From Halobacteriaceae archaeon (GTDB lineage Archaea > Halobacteriota > Halobacteria > Halobacteriales > Halobacteriaceae): a DNA stretch of 58,750 bases. The notes below the pieces were generated by a model, which searched no databases, was not told where the DNA came from, and was given only the letters and a program-made list of their open reading frames with translations. Position 1 is the stretch's first letter; each line of letters begins with the position of its first letter. The stretch lies in contig JBDGTS010000005.1 of NCBI GenBank assembly GCA_042216675.1, positions 1-58,750 on the forward strand. The letters are read 5' to 3'. Position numbers and translations under genes: made by a program. Positions 47,760-57,030 of this stretch are shown here, in pieces.

Positions 47760-48320
47760 CTACTCGAGGAGGCCGAGGTCCTCGAGGCGCGAGACGATTT
47801 TGTCGACGGCCTTCTCGGCGTCCTCGGGCTCCTTGCCGCCCGTGATGACGAGCTTGCCGGAACCGAACAGGAGCGCGACGACCTCCGGCTCGTCGAGGCG
47901 GTAGACGAGGCCGGGGAACTGCTCGGGCTCGTACTCGATGTTCTCCAGCCCGAGGCCGATGGCGATGGCGTTGAGGTTGAGCTGGCGCCCGAGATCCGCC
48001 GACGTGACGATGTTCTGGACGACGATTTCCGGTTCCTCCTCGACTTCGATGTTGAGGTCCCGCAGTTTGTCGAAGACGATGCGCAGGCTCTCGTGGACGT
48101 CCTCGGTGCTCTTCGCACCGGTGCAGACGATTTTGCCCGAGCGGAAGATGAGCGCGGCCGACTTCGGGTCCTGCGTGCGGTAGACGAGGCCGGGGAACTG
48201 CTCGGGGTCGTAGTCGGCCCCTTCGAGGTCCATCGCGACGCTCTGCAGGTCGAGTTCCTGTCCGATGCCCGTCGAGGCGACCACGTTTTCAATATTGATG
48301 GTTTCCTTGGGGTCGGTCAT
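47760..48320 (-). CDS. tbp: TATA-box-binding protein
   Basis: Two repeats ENVVAS/QNIVTS, Y.PEQFPGLVYR, F.SGK.V.TG. Confidence 0.98.
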   Translation of the reverse strand: MTDPKETINIENVVASTGIGQELDLQSVAMDLEGADYDPEQFPGLVYRTQDPKSAALIFRSGKIVCTGAKSTEDVHESLRIVFDKLRDLNIEVEEEPEIVVQNIVTSADLGRQLNLNAIAIGLGLENIEYEPEQFPGLVYRLDEPEVVALLFGSGKLVITGGKEPEDAEKAVDKIVSRLEDLGLLE

Positions 48321-48324
48321 GTAC

Positions 48325-48358
48325 GGCTTAAACCTCGTATTTAAGGCTTATAAAGGTT
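48325..48358 (-). promoter_or_regulatory. tbp promoter with stacked TATA-like boxes
   Basis: Minus strand reads CCTTTATAAGCCTTAAATACGAGGTTTAAGCC directly upstream of the start codon. Confidence 0.65.
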
Positions 48359-48427
48359 GGCGGTCCCCACACGTCTCGCTTATGTAGGACCGACACGCTG
48401 AGGTGGGGCGCGCCGCGAGAGGCGGGC

Positions 48428-49417
48428 GTGTACTGCCTCGAACTCGCCGGCGACGACGACCCGTTCGCGGCCGCGGAAGCGCGGGCCGCCGCGGGGAACG
48501 TGGACGTGGTCGCACCCGGGGTCGCCACGGCCCGGTCCCTCGACGCCGACCGGGCGCGGACGCTCGCGTTCACCCGTCGCGGGTCGGCACTCCTCGCTCG
48601 CACTGACGCCGACGTCGAGGCGGCCGAACTCGCTCTGGACGCCGCCCCCATCGACCGCTCGGGGTCCGTCGCGGTGCGCGCGCGGGACGTGCGCGGGACG
48701 GCTGGCGTCGACACGCAACGCGCCGAGCGAACACTCGGGGCGGCCCTCGTGGACCGGGGCTTCGACGTCGACCTGGAGACGCCGGACCACGAACTCCGGG
48801 CCGTCTTCGCCGGCGACACCTGCTTTCTCGGGTGGCTCGCCGTCGAGAGCGAGCGAGGGTACGGCGACAGGGCGCCCACCGACCGCCCGTTCTTCCAGCC
48901 CGGAAGCATGGACCCGCTCCTCGCCCGCGCTCTCGTCAACATCGCCGGCGCGCGGCCCGGCGCCCGCGTCGTGGACCCGATGTGTGGCACCGGCGGTCTC
49001 CTCATCGAAGCGGCCCTCGTCGGCGCCGACCCGGTGGGCCTCGACGCCCAGCGGAAGATGGTCCGCGGCGCGCGCGAGAACCTCGTCGAATACGGTTCCG
49101 GCACCGTTCTCCGGGGCGACGCGACACAGCTGCCCCTCCGCGACGGTGCCGCCGACGCCGTCGTGTTCGACGCGCCCTACGGCCGCCAGTCCAAAATCGA
49201 GCGCCACACGCTCGCTGACCTCGTGGGCGGGGCGCTGCGCGAGGCGCACCGCGTCGCGCCCCGGGCCGTCGTCGTCGGTGACCGCTCGTGGGCGGACGCC
49301 GCGCGCGACGCGGGATGGTCAGTCGAGGCCACATTCGAGCGCCGGGTGCACCGCTCGCTCGTGCGGTACATCACTGTCGTCGACGCTGACGGGTCGCCGC
49401 GGGCGATTCCCGACTAG
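48428..49417 (+). CDS. trm11: tRNA (guanine-10-N2) methyltransferase, Trm11/Trm-G10
   Basis: THUMP-like region, RPFFQPGSMDP, DPMCGTGG, DAPYGR. Confidence 0.9.
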   Translation: MYCLELAGDDDPFAAAEARAAAGNVDVVAPGVATARSLDADRARTLAFTRRGSALLARTDADVEAAELALDAAPIDRSGSVAVRARDVRGTAGVDTQRAERTLGAALVDRGFDVDLETPDHELRAVFAGDTCFLGWLAVESERGYGDRAPTDRPFFQPGSMDPLLARALVNIAGARPGARVVDPMCGTGGLLIEAALVGADPVGLDAQRKMVRGARENLVEYGSGTVLRGDATQLPLRDGAADAVVFDAPYGRQSKIERHTLADLVGGALREAHRVAPRAVVVGDRSWADAARDAGWSVEATFERRVHRSLVRYITVVDADGSPRAIPD

Positions 49418-50412
49418 TCGGCGAGGTCCGCCAGCAGGTGCGCGAGGTGGAGTCGGTCGCTCGTCCCAGACGCCAAATCGAGGTCGGCCTCGCCGGCGCG
49501 GCGGTGGAGACGCGCCAGTCGCTCGCCGTCGTAGCGCGAGCGCCCGGCGTCGAGAATCGCGTCGAGCACTTCGTCGCCGGAGTAGCCGTCGTCGTTCAGC
49601 AGGTCGTCGAGCGTCGAGCGTGCGTCCGTGAACTCGCCGGCCTCGGCGGCGTCGAGCATCGCCGTCACGTCCGAGCGCGGGCCCACGTCGCTCAGCGCCT
49701 CGTAGGCCGCGTCCATCGTGATTTCGCCGGCCTCGGCGTGCGTCGTCTGCGCCCCGAGGATGGCCTTCCGGAGGTCGCCGTCGGCCCAACTCGCGACGTA
49801 CCGGAGGCCGTCCTCGTCGTAGTCGGCGTCCGCGCGGTCCGCCACGTCTTCGAGGACGCTCGCCGTCTCGGACTCGCTCGGGGAGCGAATCGGCACCGGG
49901 AAACAGCGCGAGCGAATCGGCGGAATCAGCTTCGTCGGCTGGCGCGTGACGATGACGAACTGGGTGGCCTCGTGGTGGCGCTCCATGAGGCGGCGCAGGG
50001 CCTGCTGGAAGTCCTCCCGGATGGCCTCGGCGTTGTCCAGCACCAGCGTCTTGTACGACCCGGAGGCGGGCGCGTACCCCGCCATCTCGCGGAAGACGAG
50101 TTTCAGCATCTCCCGCTTCGAGAGGTCGCTGTGTCCATCGAGGAATGACGCGAACCGGGGGTCGTTCTTGATGTCCGTCTTCCGGCGGTTGAACACGTCG
50201 GCGACGTTGATTTCCACGAGGTCGTTGTCCGGGTCCGCGTGGCTCTCGCGGGCCAGCGCCCGCACCGCGGCCGTCTTGCCGACCCCCCGTGGTCCGTGGA
50301 CCACGAGGTTCAGCGGTTCGCCGACCGCGTTCCCCAGGTAGTCGCGGGCGTCCTCCTGTGGGAGGTCCGCGAGGGCGGGCGCGAAGCGGTCGGTCCACAG
50401 CGGCTCGTCCAT
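49414..50412 (-). CDS. Second replication factor C small-subunit paralogue
   Basis: LWTDRFAP, GPRGVGKT, LDNAE (variant Walker B), QQALRR.ME, IRSRC, GDLRKA. Confidence 0.88.
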   Translation of the reverse strand: MDEPLWTDRFAPALADLPQEDARDYLGNAVGEPLNLVVHGPRGVGKTAAVRALARESHADPDNDLVEINVADVFNRRKTDIKNDPRFASFLDGHSDLSKREMLKLVFREMAGYAPASGSYKTLVLDNAEAIREDFQQALRRLMERHHEATQFVIVTRQPTKLIPPIRSRCFPVPIRSPSESETASVLEDVADRADADYDEDGLRYVASWADGDLRKAILGAQTTHAEAGEITMDAAYEALSDVGPRSDVTAMLDAAEAGEFTDARSTLDDLLNDDGYSGDEVLDAILDAGRSRYDGERLARLHRRAGEADLDLASGTSDRLHLAHLLADLAD

Positions 50413-50497
50413 CGGCTCCCCGTAGCCGACCCACGGGTATGAATCGGTCGGTCGCCCTGTCGAACCCGTTTTATATACGCCGGCCGCAGACACGGAC

Positions 50498-51421
50498 ATG
50501 ACTCTCCGCGTGACGTTCCTCGGGACCGGCGGCGCCGTCCCGACGACGGAGCGGAACACCAGCGCCGTCTTCGTCAACCGCGAGGGCGACCAACTCCTCT
50601 TCGACGTCGGTGAGGGCACGCAGCGACAGATGATGCGCTTTGGCACGGGCTTCGCCGTCTCGGACGTGTTCATCACGCATCTCCACGGCGACCACGTGTT
50701 GGGCCTGCCGGGTCTCCTCCAGACGTGGGGCTTCAACGACCGCGAGAAACCCCTCACGGTCCACGTCCCGCAGGGCACCCAGCGCGAAGTCCACGACTTG
50801 CTCCACGCCGCCGACACCGATCCGAACTTTCCCGTCACCGTGAACGAAGTCGGGGCGGGTGAGGTGGCCCTCGACGGCGACGACTACGAGGTCCGCGGCG
50901 TCGCCACCGCCCACCGGACGACGGCCGTCGGCTACGCACTCGTCGAGGACGAGCGGAAGGGACGCTTCGACCGCGAGAAAGCCGAGGAACTGGGCGTCCC
51001 CGTCGGCCCGAAGTTCTCGAAACTCCACGAGGGCGAGGCGGTCGAACTCGAAGACGGCACCGTCGTCGACCCCGAACAGGTGGTCGGCCTGCCCCGGCCC
51101 GGCCGACGCCTCGTCTACACCGGCGACACCCGGCCCACGGAGGCCGTCGTCGACGCGGCGACGGACGCGGACCTGCTGATTCACGACGCCACGTTCGCGG
51201 CGGACCGCCTCGAACGGGCCCGCGACACGGGCCACGCCACGGCCCGCGAGGCCGGGGAAGTCGCCGCCGACGCCGGCGCGGCGCGACTCGCGCTCACCCA
51301 CCTCTCCTCGCGGTACGCGGGCGAGGCGGGGCGCCTCCGCGCGGAGGCCGTCGAGACTTTCGACGGCGACGTGTTGCTCCCCGACGACGGCGATGAAGTC
51401 GACGTGCCGTTCCCCCGGTAG
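50498..51421 (+). CDS. rnz: Ribonuclease Z
   Basis: FLGTGGAVP, GEGTQ, THLHGDH, exosite GP, YTGDT, THLSSRY. Confidence 0.96.
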   Translation: MTLRVTFLGTGGAVPTTERNTSAVFVNREGDQLLFDVGEGTQRQMMRFGTGFAVSDVFITHLHGDHVLGLPGLLQTWGFNDREKPLTVHVPQGTQREVHDLLHAADTDPNFPVTVNEVGAGEVALDGDDYEVRGVATAHRTTAVGYALVEDERKGRFDREKAEELGVPVGPKFSKLHEGEAVELEDGTVVDPEQVVGLPRPGRRLVYTGDTRPTEAVVDAATDADLLIHDATFAADRLERARDTGHATAREAGEVAADAGAARLALTHLSSRYAGEAGRLRAEAVETFDGDVLLPDDGDEVDVPFPR

Positions 51422-51460
51422 CGCCGTGGGTTTATATCCGGCAATCCCCTACGCCGGGTC

Positions 51461-53455
51461 GTGAACGGTCGCACGGGAGCGTTGGACGCCGCCGTCTTCG
51501 GCGTCGACGTGCAGAGCGGGGACGTGCGCGGCGACGCGCCGTCGTACGCCCTCGTCGTGTTGGACGAGGACGGCATCTCCCGAGACGTGGTCTCGCGCCG
51601 GAAACTCCTCCGCCTCGTCGCCGACGAGGAACCGGCGTTTCTCGCGACGGACAACATGTACGAACTCGCGGCGGACAAGGACCAACTCGTCCACCTCCTC
51701 CGCCGCCTGCCCGACGAGACGCGACTGGTGCAGGTGACCGGCGACGAGCAACCCGAACCGCTCTCGCGGGTGGCCTCCCGCCACGGCGTCCCCTACGGCA
51801 AGGACCCGATGGAGGAAGCCGAGGCCGCGGCCCGCCTCGCCGCCGCGAACGTCGGCTACGAGGTGTCCGCCTTCACGGACACGACCCGCGTGAAAGTCGC
51901 CCGCGGGCGCTCGACGGGCGGCGGTGGCTGGTCCGAGGACCGCCTCACCCGCCGCATCCACGGCAACGTGAAGACGGCGGCCCGCGACGTGGCCGACGAA
52001 CTCGACGCCGCCGGCCTCGACTACGACCGGGACGTGACCGAGAAGTACGGCGGCTTCGCCAACGCCGTCTTCGAAGTCGAGGGTGCGCCGGCCGACATCC
52101 CCCTCTCGGAGCGCCGGTCGGGCGACGTGCGCGTCGAAATCGAGCGGGAGCGACGCGACGGCATCGAGTTCGACCCGCTGGTGAAGCGCCGCGACCACAT
52201 CGTCGTCGGCGTCGACCCGGGGACGACGACGGCAGTGGCGCTCGTCTCCCTCGACGGCGAGGTGCTGGACGTCTGGAGTTCCCGCACCGCCGACACCGCC
52301 GACGTGACCGAGTGGATAATCGAGGGCGGGCGCCCCATCGTCGTCGCCGCCGACGTGACGCCGATGCCGGAGACGGTGGAGAAGATTCGGCGCTCTTTCG
52401 ACGCGGCGGCGTGGGCGCCCGAGGCGGACCTCCCGGTGGACGAGAAGAAACACCGGACCCGCGAGGCCGCCTACGACGACGACCATCAGCGCGACGCCCT
52501 CGCGGCCGCCCTGTTCGCCCACGACGACCACGCCGACCAGTTCCAGCGCATCACGGAGAAGGTGCCCCGCGACGTGGACCGCGGGGACGTAATCGCCCGC
52601 GTCGTCGCCGGCGAGGAATCCGTCGAGGCGGTCCTTCGGGACCTCCGCGACGACGGTGACGACGGCGAGGGGGAGGCGGAACACACCACGCGCAAACTCA
52701 CCGACGAGGAACAGCGGATTCGGGACCTCGAACGGCAGGTCGAGCGCCTCGAATCGCACGTCGAGTCGCTGGAGGCGGACCTCGACGAGAAGGAGGCGGA
52801 GATCGAGGAGTACGAGGCCGAACTGTCACAGGCCCGTCGCGACGAGCGACGCGAAGCCAGACAGACCCGCGAGGTCACCCGCCTCCAGCGGAAAAACGAG
52901 ACGCTCGAACGACAGCGAGACGAGGCCCGCGAGCGGGTGGATGAACTGGAGGACAAACTCGATCGCCTGAAGGCCCTCTGGCGCCTCGACCACTCGAACT
53001 TCACCGACGTGGACGGGAAGGCCGCGGACCTCGTGCCCGTGAAGCCGGTCGAACAGTTCACCACCGCCGCCATCGAGGCGGCCGACGAGTCCTACGGGCT
53101 GGCGCCCGACGACGTGGTGTATCTGCGGGACGCCAGCGGGGCCGGGCGGTCCACGGCCCAGCGACTCGCCGAGGCGGAGCCCCGAATCGTCCTGCTGGGC
53201 GATGGCGGTCTCTCGGACGCCGCGGACGAGGTGCTGTTCGAGGCCGACGTGCCGGTGGGCGACGCCGACGAGGTGACCATCCGCGAGGTGGACGACCTCG
53301 CGGTGGCCCGCGAGGACGACGTGGCGGCCGAAGTCGAGGCGTGGCGCGACAGGGCCGAGGACCGCCGCCTCGACCGGACGGCGGAGATGGTCGACCGAAT
53401 CGTGAGCGAACATCGGGCGGGCGATGCGCGAAGCGCATCGGATGGCGAGCGGTGA
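51461..53455 (+). CDS. DUF460-domain protein with a coiled-coil C-terminus
   Basis: RSTGGGGWSEDR, VVGVDPGTT, HQRDALAAA and a long heptad region. Confidence 0.9.
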   Translation: MNGRTGALDAAVFGVDVQSGDVRGDAPSYALVVLDEDGISRDVVSRRKLLRLVADEEPAFLATDNMYELAADKDQLVHLLRRLPDETRLVQVTGDEQPEPLSRVASRHGVPYGKDPMEEAEAAARLAAANVGYEVSAFTDTTRVKVARGRSTGGGGWSEDRLTRRIHGNVKTAARDVADELDAAGLDYDRDVTEKYGGFANAVFEVEGAPADIPLSERRSGDVRVEIERERRDGIEFDPLVKRRDHIVVGVDPGTTTAVALVSLDGEVLDVWSSRTADTADVTEWIIEGGRPIVVAADVTPMPETVEKIRRSFDAAAWAPEADLPVDEKKHRTREAAYDDDHQRDALAAALFAHDDHADQFQRITEKVPRDVDRGDVIARVVAGEESVEAVLRDLRDDGDDGEGEAEHTTRKLTDEEQRIRDLERQVERLESHVESLEADLDEKEAEIEEYEAELSQARRDERREARQTREVTRLQRKNETLERQRDEARERVDELEDKLDRLKALWRLDHSNFTDVDGKAADLVPVKPVEQFTTAAIEAADESYGLAPDDVVYLRDASGAGRSTAQRLAEAEPRIVLLGDGGLSDAADEVLFEADVPVGDADEVTIREVDDLAVAREDDVAAEVEAWRDRAEDRRLDRTAEMVDRIVSEHRAGDARSASDGER

Positions 53456-53529
53456 AACCGCGAGCAGGTGGCTCGGAACGAGCCGGCGGTGGCGAGTGAG
53501 AGCCACGATTGCGTGGGCGGTGAAACCGC
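53422..53529. repeat. Array of five short hairpins
   Basis: CGATGCGC-GAA-GCGCATCG (53422-53440), GCGGTGAAACCGC twice (53449 and 53517), GGCTCG-GAA-CGAGCC (53470-53484), GTGGC/GCCAC (53489-53506). Confidence 0.75.
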
Positions 53530-53640
53530 GGACCGCGACCGACCACACGAACGTCCAGCCGAGAAGTATAAGGGGATAGAAGGAGACTTATATTCTCATT
53601 ATGCCTAATACTTTTCACGCTCCGGCGCCTCCAGATGCGT

Positions 53641-53796
53641 ATGCCCCACAATCAGGATGTGGAGGGCGACACGTCGGAGATCAGTTCCGAGTACGAGTGC
53701 CTCGGATGCGGGAAAATCGTGGAGGCCCGGACGCACCCCGGCGAGTGTCCGGACTGCGGGAGCGAGGTCCAGAACCGCGCGAAGTCCCTCGAATGA
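53641..53796 (+). CDS. Small CPxCG zinc-ribbon protein (rubredoxin-like)
   Basis: Manual translation MPHNQDVEGDTSEISSEYECLGCGKIVEARTHPGECPDCGSEVQNRAKSLE (51 aa); not in the ORF track. Confidence 0.82.
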   Translation: MPHNQDVEGDTSEISSEYECLGCGKIVEARTHPGECPDCGSEVQNRAKSLE

Positions 53797-53847
53797 GCGC
53801 GTCGAGGACTAAAAAGACGTAAATCGCCGGCCCTCACACGGGGTCGT

Positions 53848-54846
53848 ATGGACGCCTTCGAGCGCATCACCCGCAACGCCACGGAGGTCGTCACCGAGGA
53901 CGAGGTGGCGACGCTCGCCGAAGACCCCGAGGGCAAGCGTGCCTACGTGGGCTACGAGCCGAGCGGCGAACTCCACCTCGGCCACCTCCTGACCGCGAAC
54001 AAGCTCATCGACCTACAGGACGCCGGCTTCGAGGTGACGGTCCTCCTCGCCGACGTGCACGCGTACCTCAACGGGAAGGGCACCTTCGAGGAGATTCGGG
54101 AGACGGCCGAGCGGATGCAGGCGCAGTTCCTCGCCTACGGCCTCGACGAGGACCGGACGGAGTTCGTCTACGGCTCTACGTTCCAACTCGACGAGGACTA
54201 CGTGCTCGACGTGGACGCCCTCGCCGTCGAGACGACGCTCAACCGCGCCCAGCGCGCGATGGCCGAGATTCAGAGCGGCGGGACGGCCTCCGTCGCACAC
54301 GTGATGTACCCGCTGATGCAGGCCCTCGACATCGTTTACCTCGACGTGGACCTCGCGGTGGGTGGCCTCGACCAGCGGAAGGTGCACATGCTCGCCCGCG
54401 ACAACCTCCCCGAGGTGGGCTACGAGGCGCCGACCAGCCTCCACACGCCCATCATCGCCGACCTCGAAACGGGCGTCGGCAAGATGTCCTCCAGCGCGGG
54501 CGTCGACATCACGATGGGCGACTCCCGGGACGACATCGAGGAGAAAGTCAACGCCGCCTTCTGCCCGCCGACGCGGGACCCCGACCCCGACGAGGAGGGC
54601 AACGAGCGCGAGAACCCGGTGCTGGAACTGTTCGAGTACCACGTCTTCCCGCGCGTCGAGTCGGTGACCGTCGAGCGACCCGACGAGTACGGCGGCGACG
54701 TGACCTTCGATTCCTACGCGGAACTGGCGGACGCCCTCGAATCCGGGGACCTCCACCCCGCCGACGCGAAGTCGACGCTGGCGGCGGAACTGGACGCCCT
54801 CATCGCGCCGGGACGGGAGCGCCTCGAAGAACTGCGCGACGACTGA
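53848..54846 (+). CDS. tyrS: Tyrosine--tRNA ligase
   Basis: YVGYEPSG, HLGH, YPLMQALD, GGLDQRK, KMSSS. Confidence 0.97.
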   Translation: MDAFERITRNATEVVTEDEVATLAEDPEGKRAYVGYEPSGELHLGHLLTANKLIDLQDAGFEVTVLLADVHAYLNGKGTFEEIRETAERMQAQFLAYGLDEDRTEFVYGSTFQLDEDYVLDVDALAVETTLNRAQRAMAEIQSGGTASVAHVMYPLMQALDIVYLDVDLAVGGLDQRKVHMLARDNLPEVGYEAPTSLHTPIIADLETGVGKMSSSAGVDITMGDSRDDIEEKVNAAFCPPTRDPDPDEEGNERENPVLELFEYHVFPRVESVTVERPDEYGGDVTFDSYAELADALESGDLHPADAKSTLAAELDALIAPGRERLEELRDD

Positions 54847-54849
54847 CCG

Positions 54850-55032
54850 CTAGATTCCCATCCCGAACGCGCCGAGCATCCGCTTCACGAGGCCGGCCGC
54901 CACGAGTCCGAGGCCGGCGACGACGAGTGCGACGCCCGCAGCGATGAGCGGGTCGACGACGGCGAGCAGTCCGAGGCCGCCGAGCAGTACGACGACGCCG
55001 GCGACGCCGACGAGACCGAGTTTGTCGAGCAT
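54850..55032 (-). CDS. Small two-TM membrane protein
   Basis: MLDKLG...MLGAFGM with two hydrophobic helices. Confidence 0.75.
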   Translation of the reverse strand: MLDKLGLVGVAGVVVLLGGLGLLAVVDPLIAAGVALVVAGLGLVAAGLVKRMLGAFGMGI

Positions 55033-55123
55033 ACGGGCCGCTGTGGGCGCTGGCACGTCAGCCCGTCGATTCGGGTCGCCGTATGGCGGCGGTTTTAAAT
55101 CGCTCCCTCACCAACGCCCGCGT

Positions 55124-55405
55124 ATGAGCGAAAAGGAGGGGCAGTCGGACCTCCGCATGCCCGACGACGACGAGCTGTTCGCCGTCGTTCAGGAGATGCT
55201 GGGGGCCAACCGCGTCCGTGTTCGCTGCGAGGACGGGGAGGAGCGCACAGCGCGCATCCCCGGCCGCATGCAGAAGCGCATCTGGATCCGCGAGGACGAC
55301 GTGGTGCTCATCGAACCGTGGGACTGGCAAGACGAGAAGGCCGACATCACGTGGCGTTACGAGAAGTCGGAGGCCGATCAACTCCGCGAGGAGGGCTACG
55401 TCTGA
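55124..55405 (+). CDS. eif1a: Translation initiation factor aIF-1A
   Basis: [30 protein letters not shown]; TTTTAAAT box upstream. Confidence 0.96.
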   Translation: MSEKEGQSDLRMPDDDELFAVVQEMLGANRVRVRCEDGEERTARIPGRMQKRIWIREDDVVLIEPWDWQDEKADITWRYEKSEADQLREEGYV

Positions 55406-55448
55406 GGCGGTGAGGGGTTTTTCAGCCTCGGGTACCTACGGCGTGTGA

Positions 55449-56306
55449 ATGCCGGAGGACTACGGACTGGCCGAGGACAGGGAGGGCGCGCCCGGGGACG
55501 AGTGGGCGGACCTCGACGTCAGCGACGACGAGGCCGACCGCATCGCGCGCCAGCAAGACCGCGACTTCACGCACTTTCTCGAACGCCTGAAAGACGCGGA
55601 CCAGTTCAAGGCGACGGGTGCCGTCTTCGACGACGCCACCTACGCCGCCATCTACAAACTCGTGCAGGACGACCACCTGACGGCGATGGGCGGCCCCATC
55701 TCCTCGGGCAAAGAGGCCGTCGTCTTCGAGGGACTCGCCCCCGAAGACGAGGACGTGGCGGTGAAAATCTACCGCGTCAGCACTTCGGACTTCAAGCAGA
55801 TGGCCGACTATCTGGAGGGCGACCCCCGCTTCGAGGGCGTCCGCGACGACAAGAAGGCCGTCGTCGTCGCGTGGACCCAAAAGGAGTTCTCGAACCTCGA
55901 ACGGGCGCGGGAGGCCGGCGTCCGAGTGCCCGAGCCACTGGGCGTCCAGCGGAACGCCCTCGTGATGGAACTCATCGGCGAGGAGGGCGACCCCGCGCCG
56001 ACGCTCCACGACGTGGAAATCGAGAATCCCCGCACCGCCTACGAGGTGGTCCGCGAGTACATGTGGCGCCTCCACGCGGCGGGCCTCGTCCACGGCGACC
56101 TCTCGGAGTACAACATCGTCGTCTACGACGGCGAACTCGTCATCATCGACGTGGGGCAGGCGGTGACGATTCACCATCCCAACTCCGACGACTTCCTGCG
56201 CCGGGACTGCAAGAACGTGGCCGCATTCTTCGGGCGACAGGGGGTCGACGTGACCGCCGACGAACTGTACGACCACGTCTCCGCGGCGCGCGACGACGAG
56301 GAGTGA
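55449..56306 (+). CDS. rio1: Serine/threonine kinase Rio1
   Basis: SSGKEA, AVKIY, KEFSNL, VHGDLSEYN, IDVGQ. Confidence 0.95.
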   Translation: MPEDYGLAEDREGAPGDEWADLDVSDDEADRIARQQDRDFTHFLERLKDADQFKATGAVFDDATYAAIYKLVQDDHLTAMGGPISSGKEAVVFEGLAPEDEDVAVKIYRVSTSDFKQMADYLEGDPRFEGVRDDKKAVVVAWTQKEFSNLERAREAGVRVPEPLGVQRNALVMELIGEEGDPAPTLHDVEIENPRTAYEVVREYMWRLHAAGLVHGDLSEYNIVVYDGELVIIDVGQAVTIHHPNSDDFLRRDCKNVAAFFGRQGVDVTADELYDHVSAARDDEE

Positions 56307-56354
56307 GAGATGCCCCCGAGCAACTCTTAAACGGCCCCGGACTCTACGTACCGT

Positions 56355-56924
56355 ATGCCCAAACACGTGAAGATTCCGCAGGACCGGATCGGCGTCCTCA
56401 TCGGTGACGGTGGTGAGACCATGCGCCGCATCGAGAGTGCGGCCGAGGTCCGCCTCGACATCGACTCCGAGAACGGCGCCGTCGCGGTCGAACAGGTCGG
56501 CGACCCCGTCCTCGGCCTGCAGGCGCCCGACGTCGTTCAGGCCATCGGCCGCGGGTTCACCCCCGACGTGGCGCTCTCCCTCCTCGACGACGACATGCGG
56601 ATGTTCGAGGTCATCGACATCTCCCGCGCCGCCCGCAACGACAACGACCTCCGCCGCAAGAAGGGGCGTCTCATCGGCGAGAACGGCCGAACCCGCGAAC
56701 TGATGGAGGACCTCACCGGCGCGGACGTCGTCATCTACGGCTCCACGATGGGTATCATCGGCGACCCCAAGGAGGTCGATGTGGTGCGAAGCGCCGCCGA
56801 GATGCTCCTCGACGGCGCGCCCCACGGCGCCGTCTACTCGTTCCTCGAACGCAAGCGCACGGAGGAACTCAAGCATCGGGGGATGGAGTACCACGAGCGA
56901 CCGGGCGGCGAGAGCAGCACTTAA
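56355..56924 (+). CDS. KH-domain rRNA-processing protein (Dim2/Pno1)
   Basis: [29 protein letters not shown]. Confidence 0.92.
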   Translation: MPKHVKIPQDRIGVLIGDGGETMRRIESAAEVRLDIDSENGAVAVEQVGDPVLGLQAPDVVQAIGRGFTPDVALSLLDDDMRMFEVIDISRAARNDNDLRRKKGRLIGENGRTRELMEDLTGADVVIYGSTMGIIGDPKEVDVVRSAAEMLLDGAPHGAVYSFLERKRTEELKHRGMEYHERPGGESST

Positions 56925-56994
56925 ACGGAATCGTGCGAACTCTTCGCACGGTCTGAGGGCCGCGCGCGAGTGTCAACTCCTCCCCGTTCCACCA

Positions 56995-57006
56995 CTTTTA
57001 TATAGA
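56995..57006 (+). promoter_or_regulatory. TATA box of the thermosome gene
   Basis: CTTTTATATAGA about 30 bp upstream of ATG 57031. Confidence 0.7.
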
Positions 57007-57030
57007 ATCACATTCAATCAACACTCACTC

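Noticed and set aside
51461-53455. DUF460 GVDPG motif as a transposase or TnpB RuvC domain
   Set aside because: The whole protein matches the conserved archaeal DUF460 architecture and sits next to rnz without IS ends.
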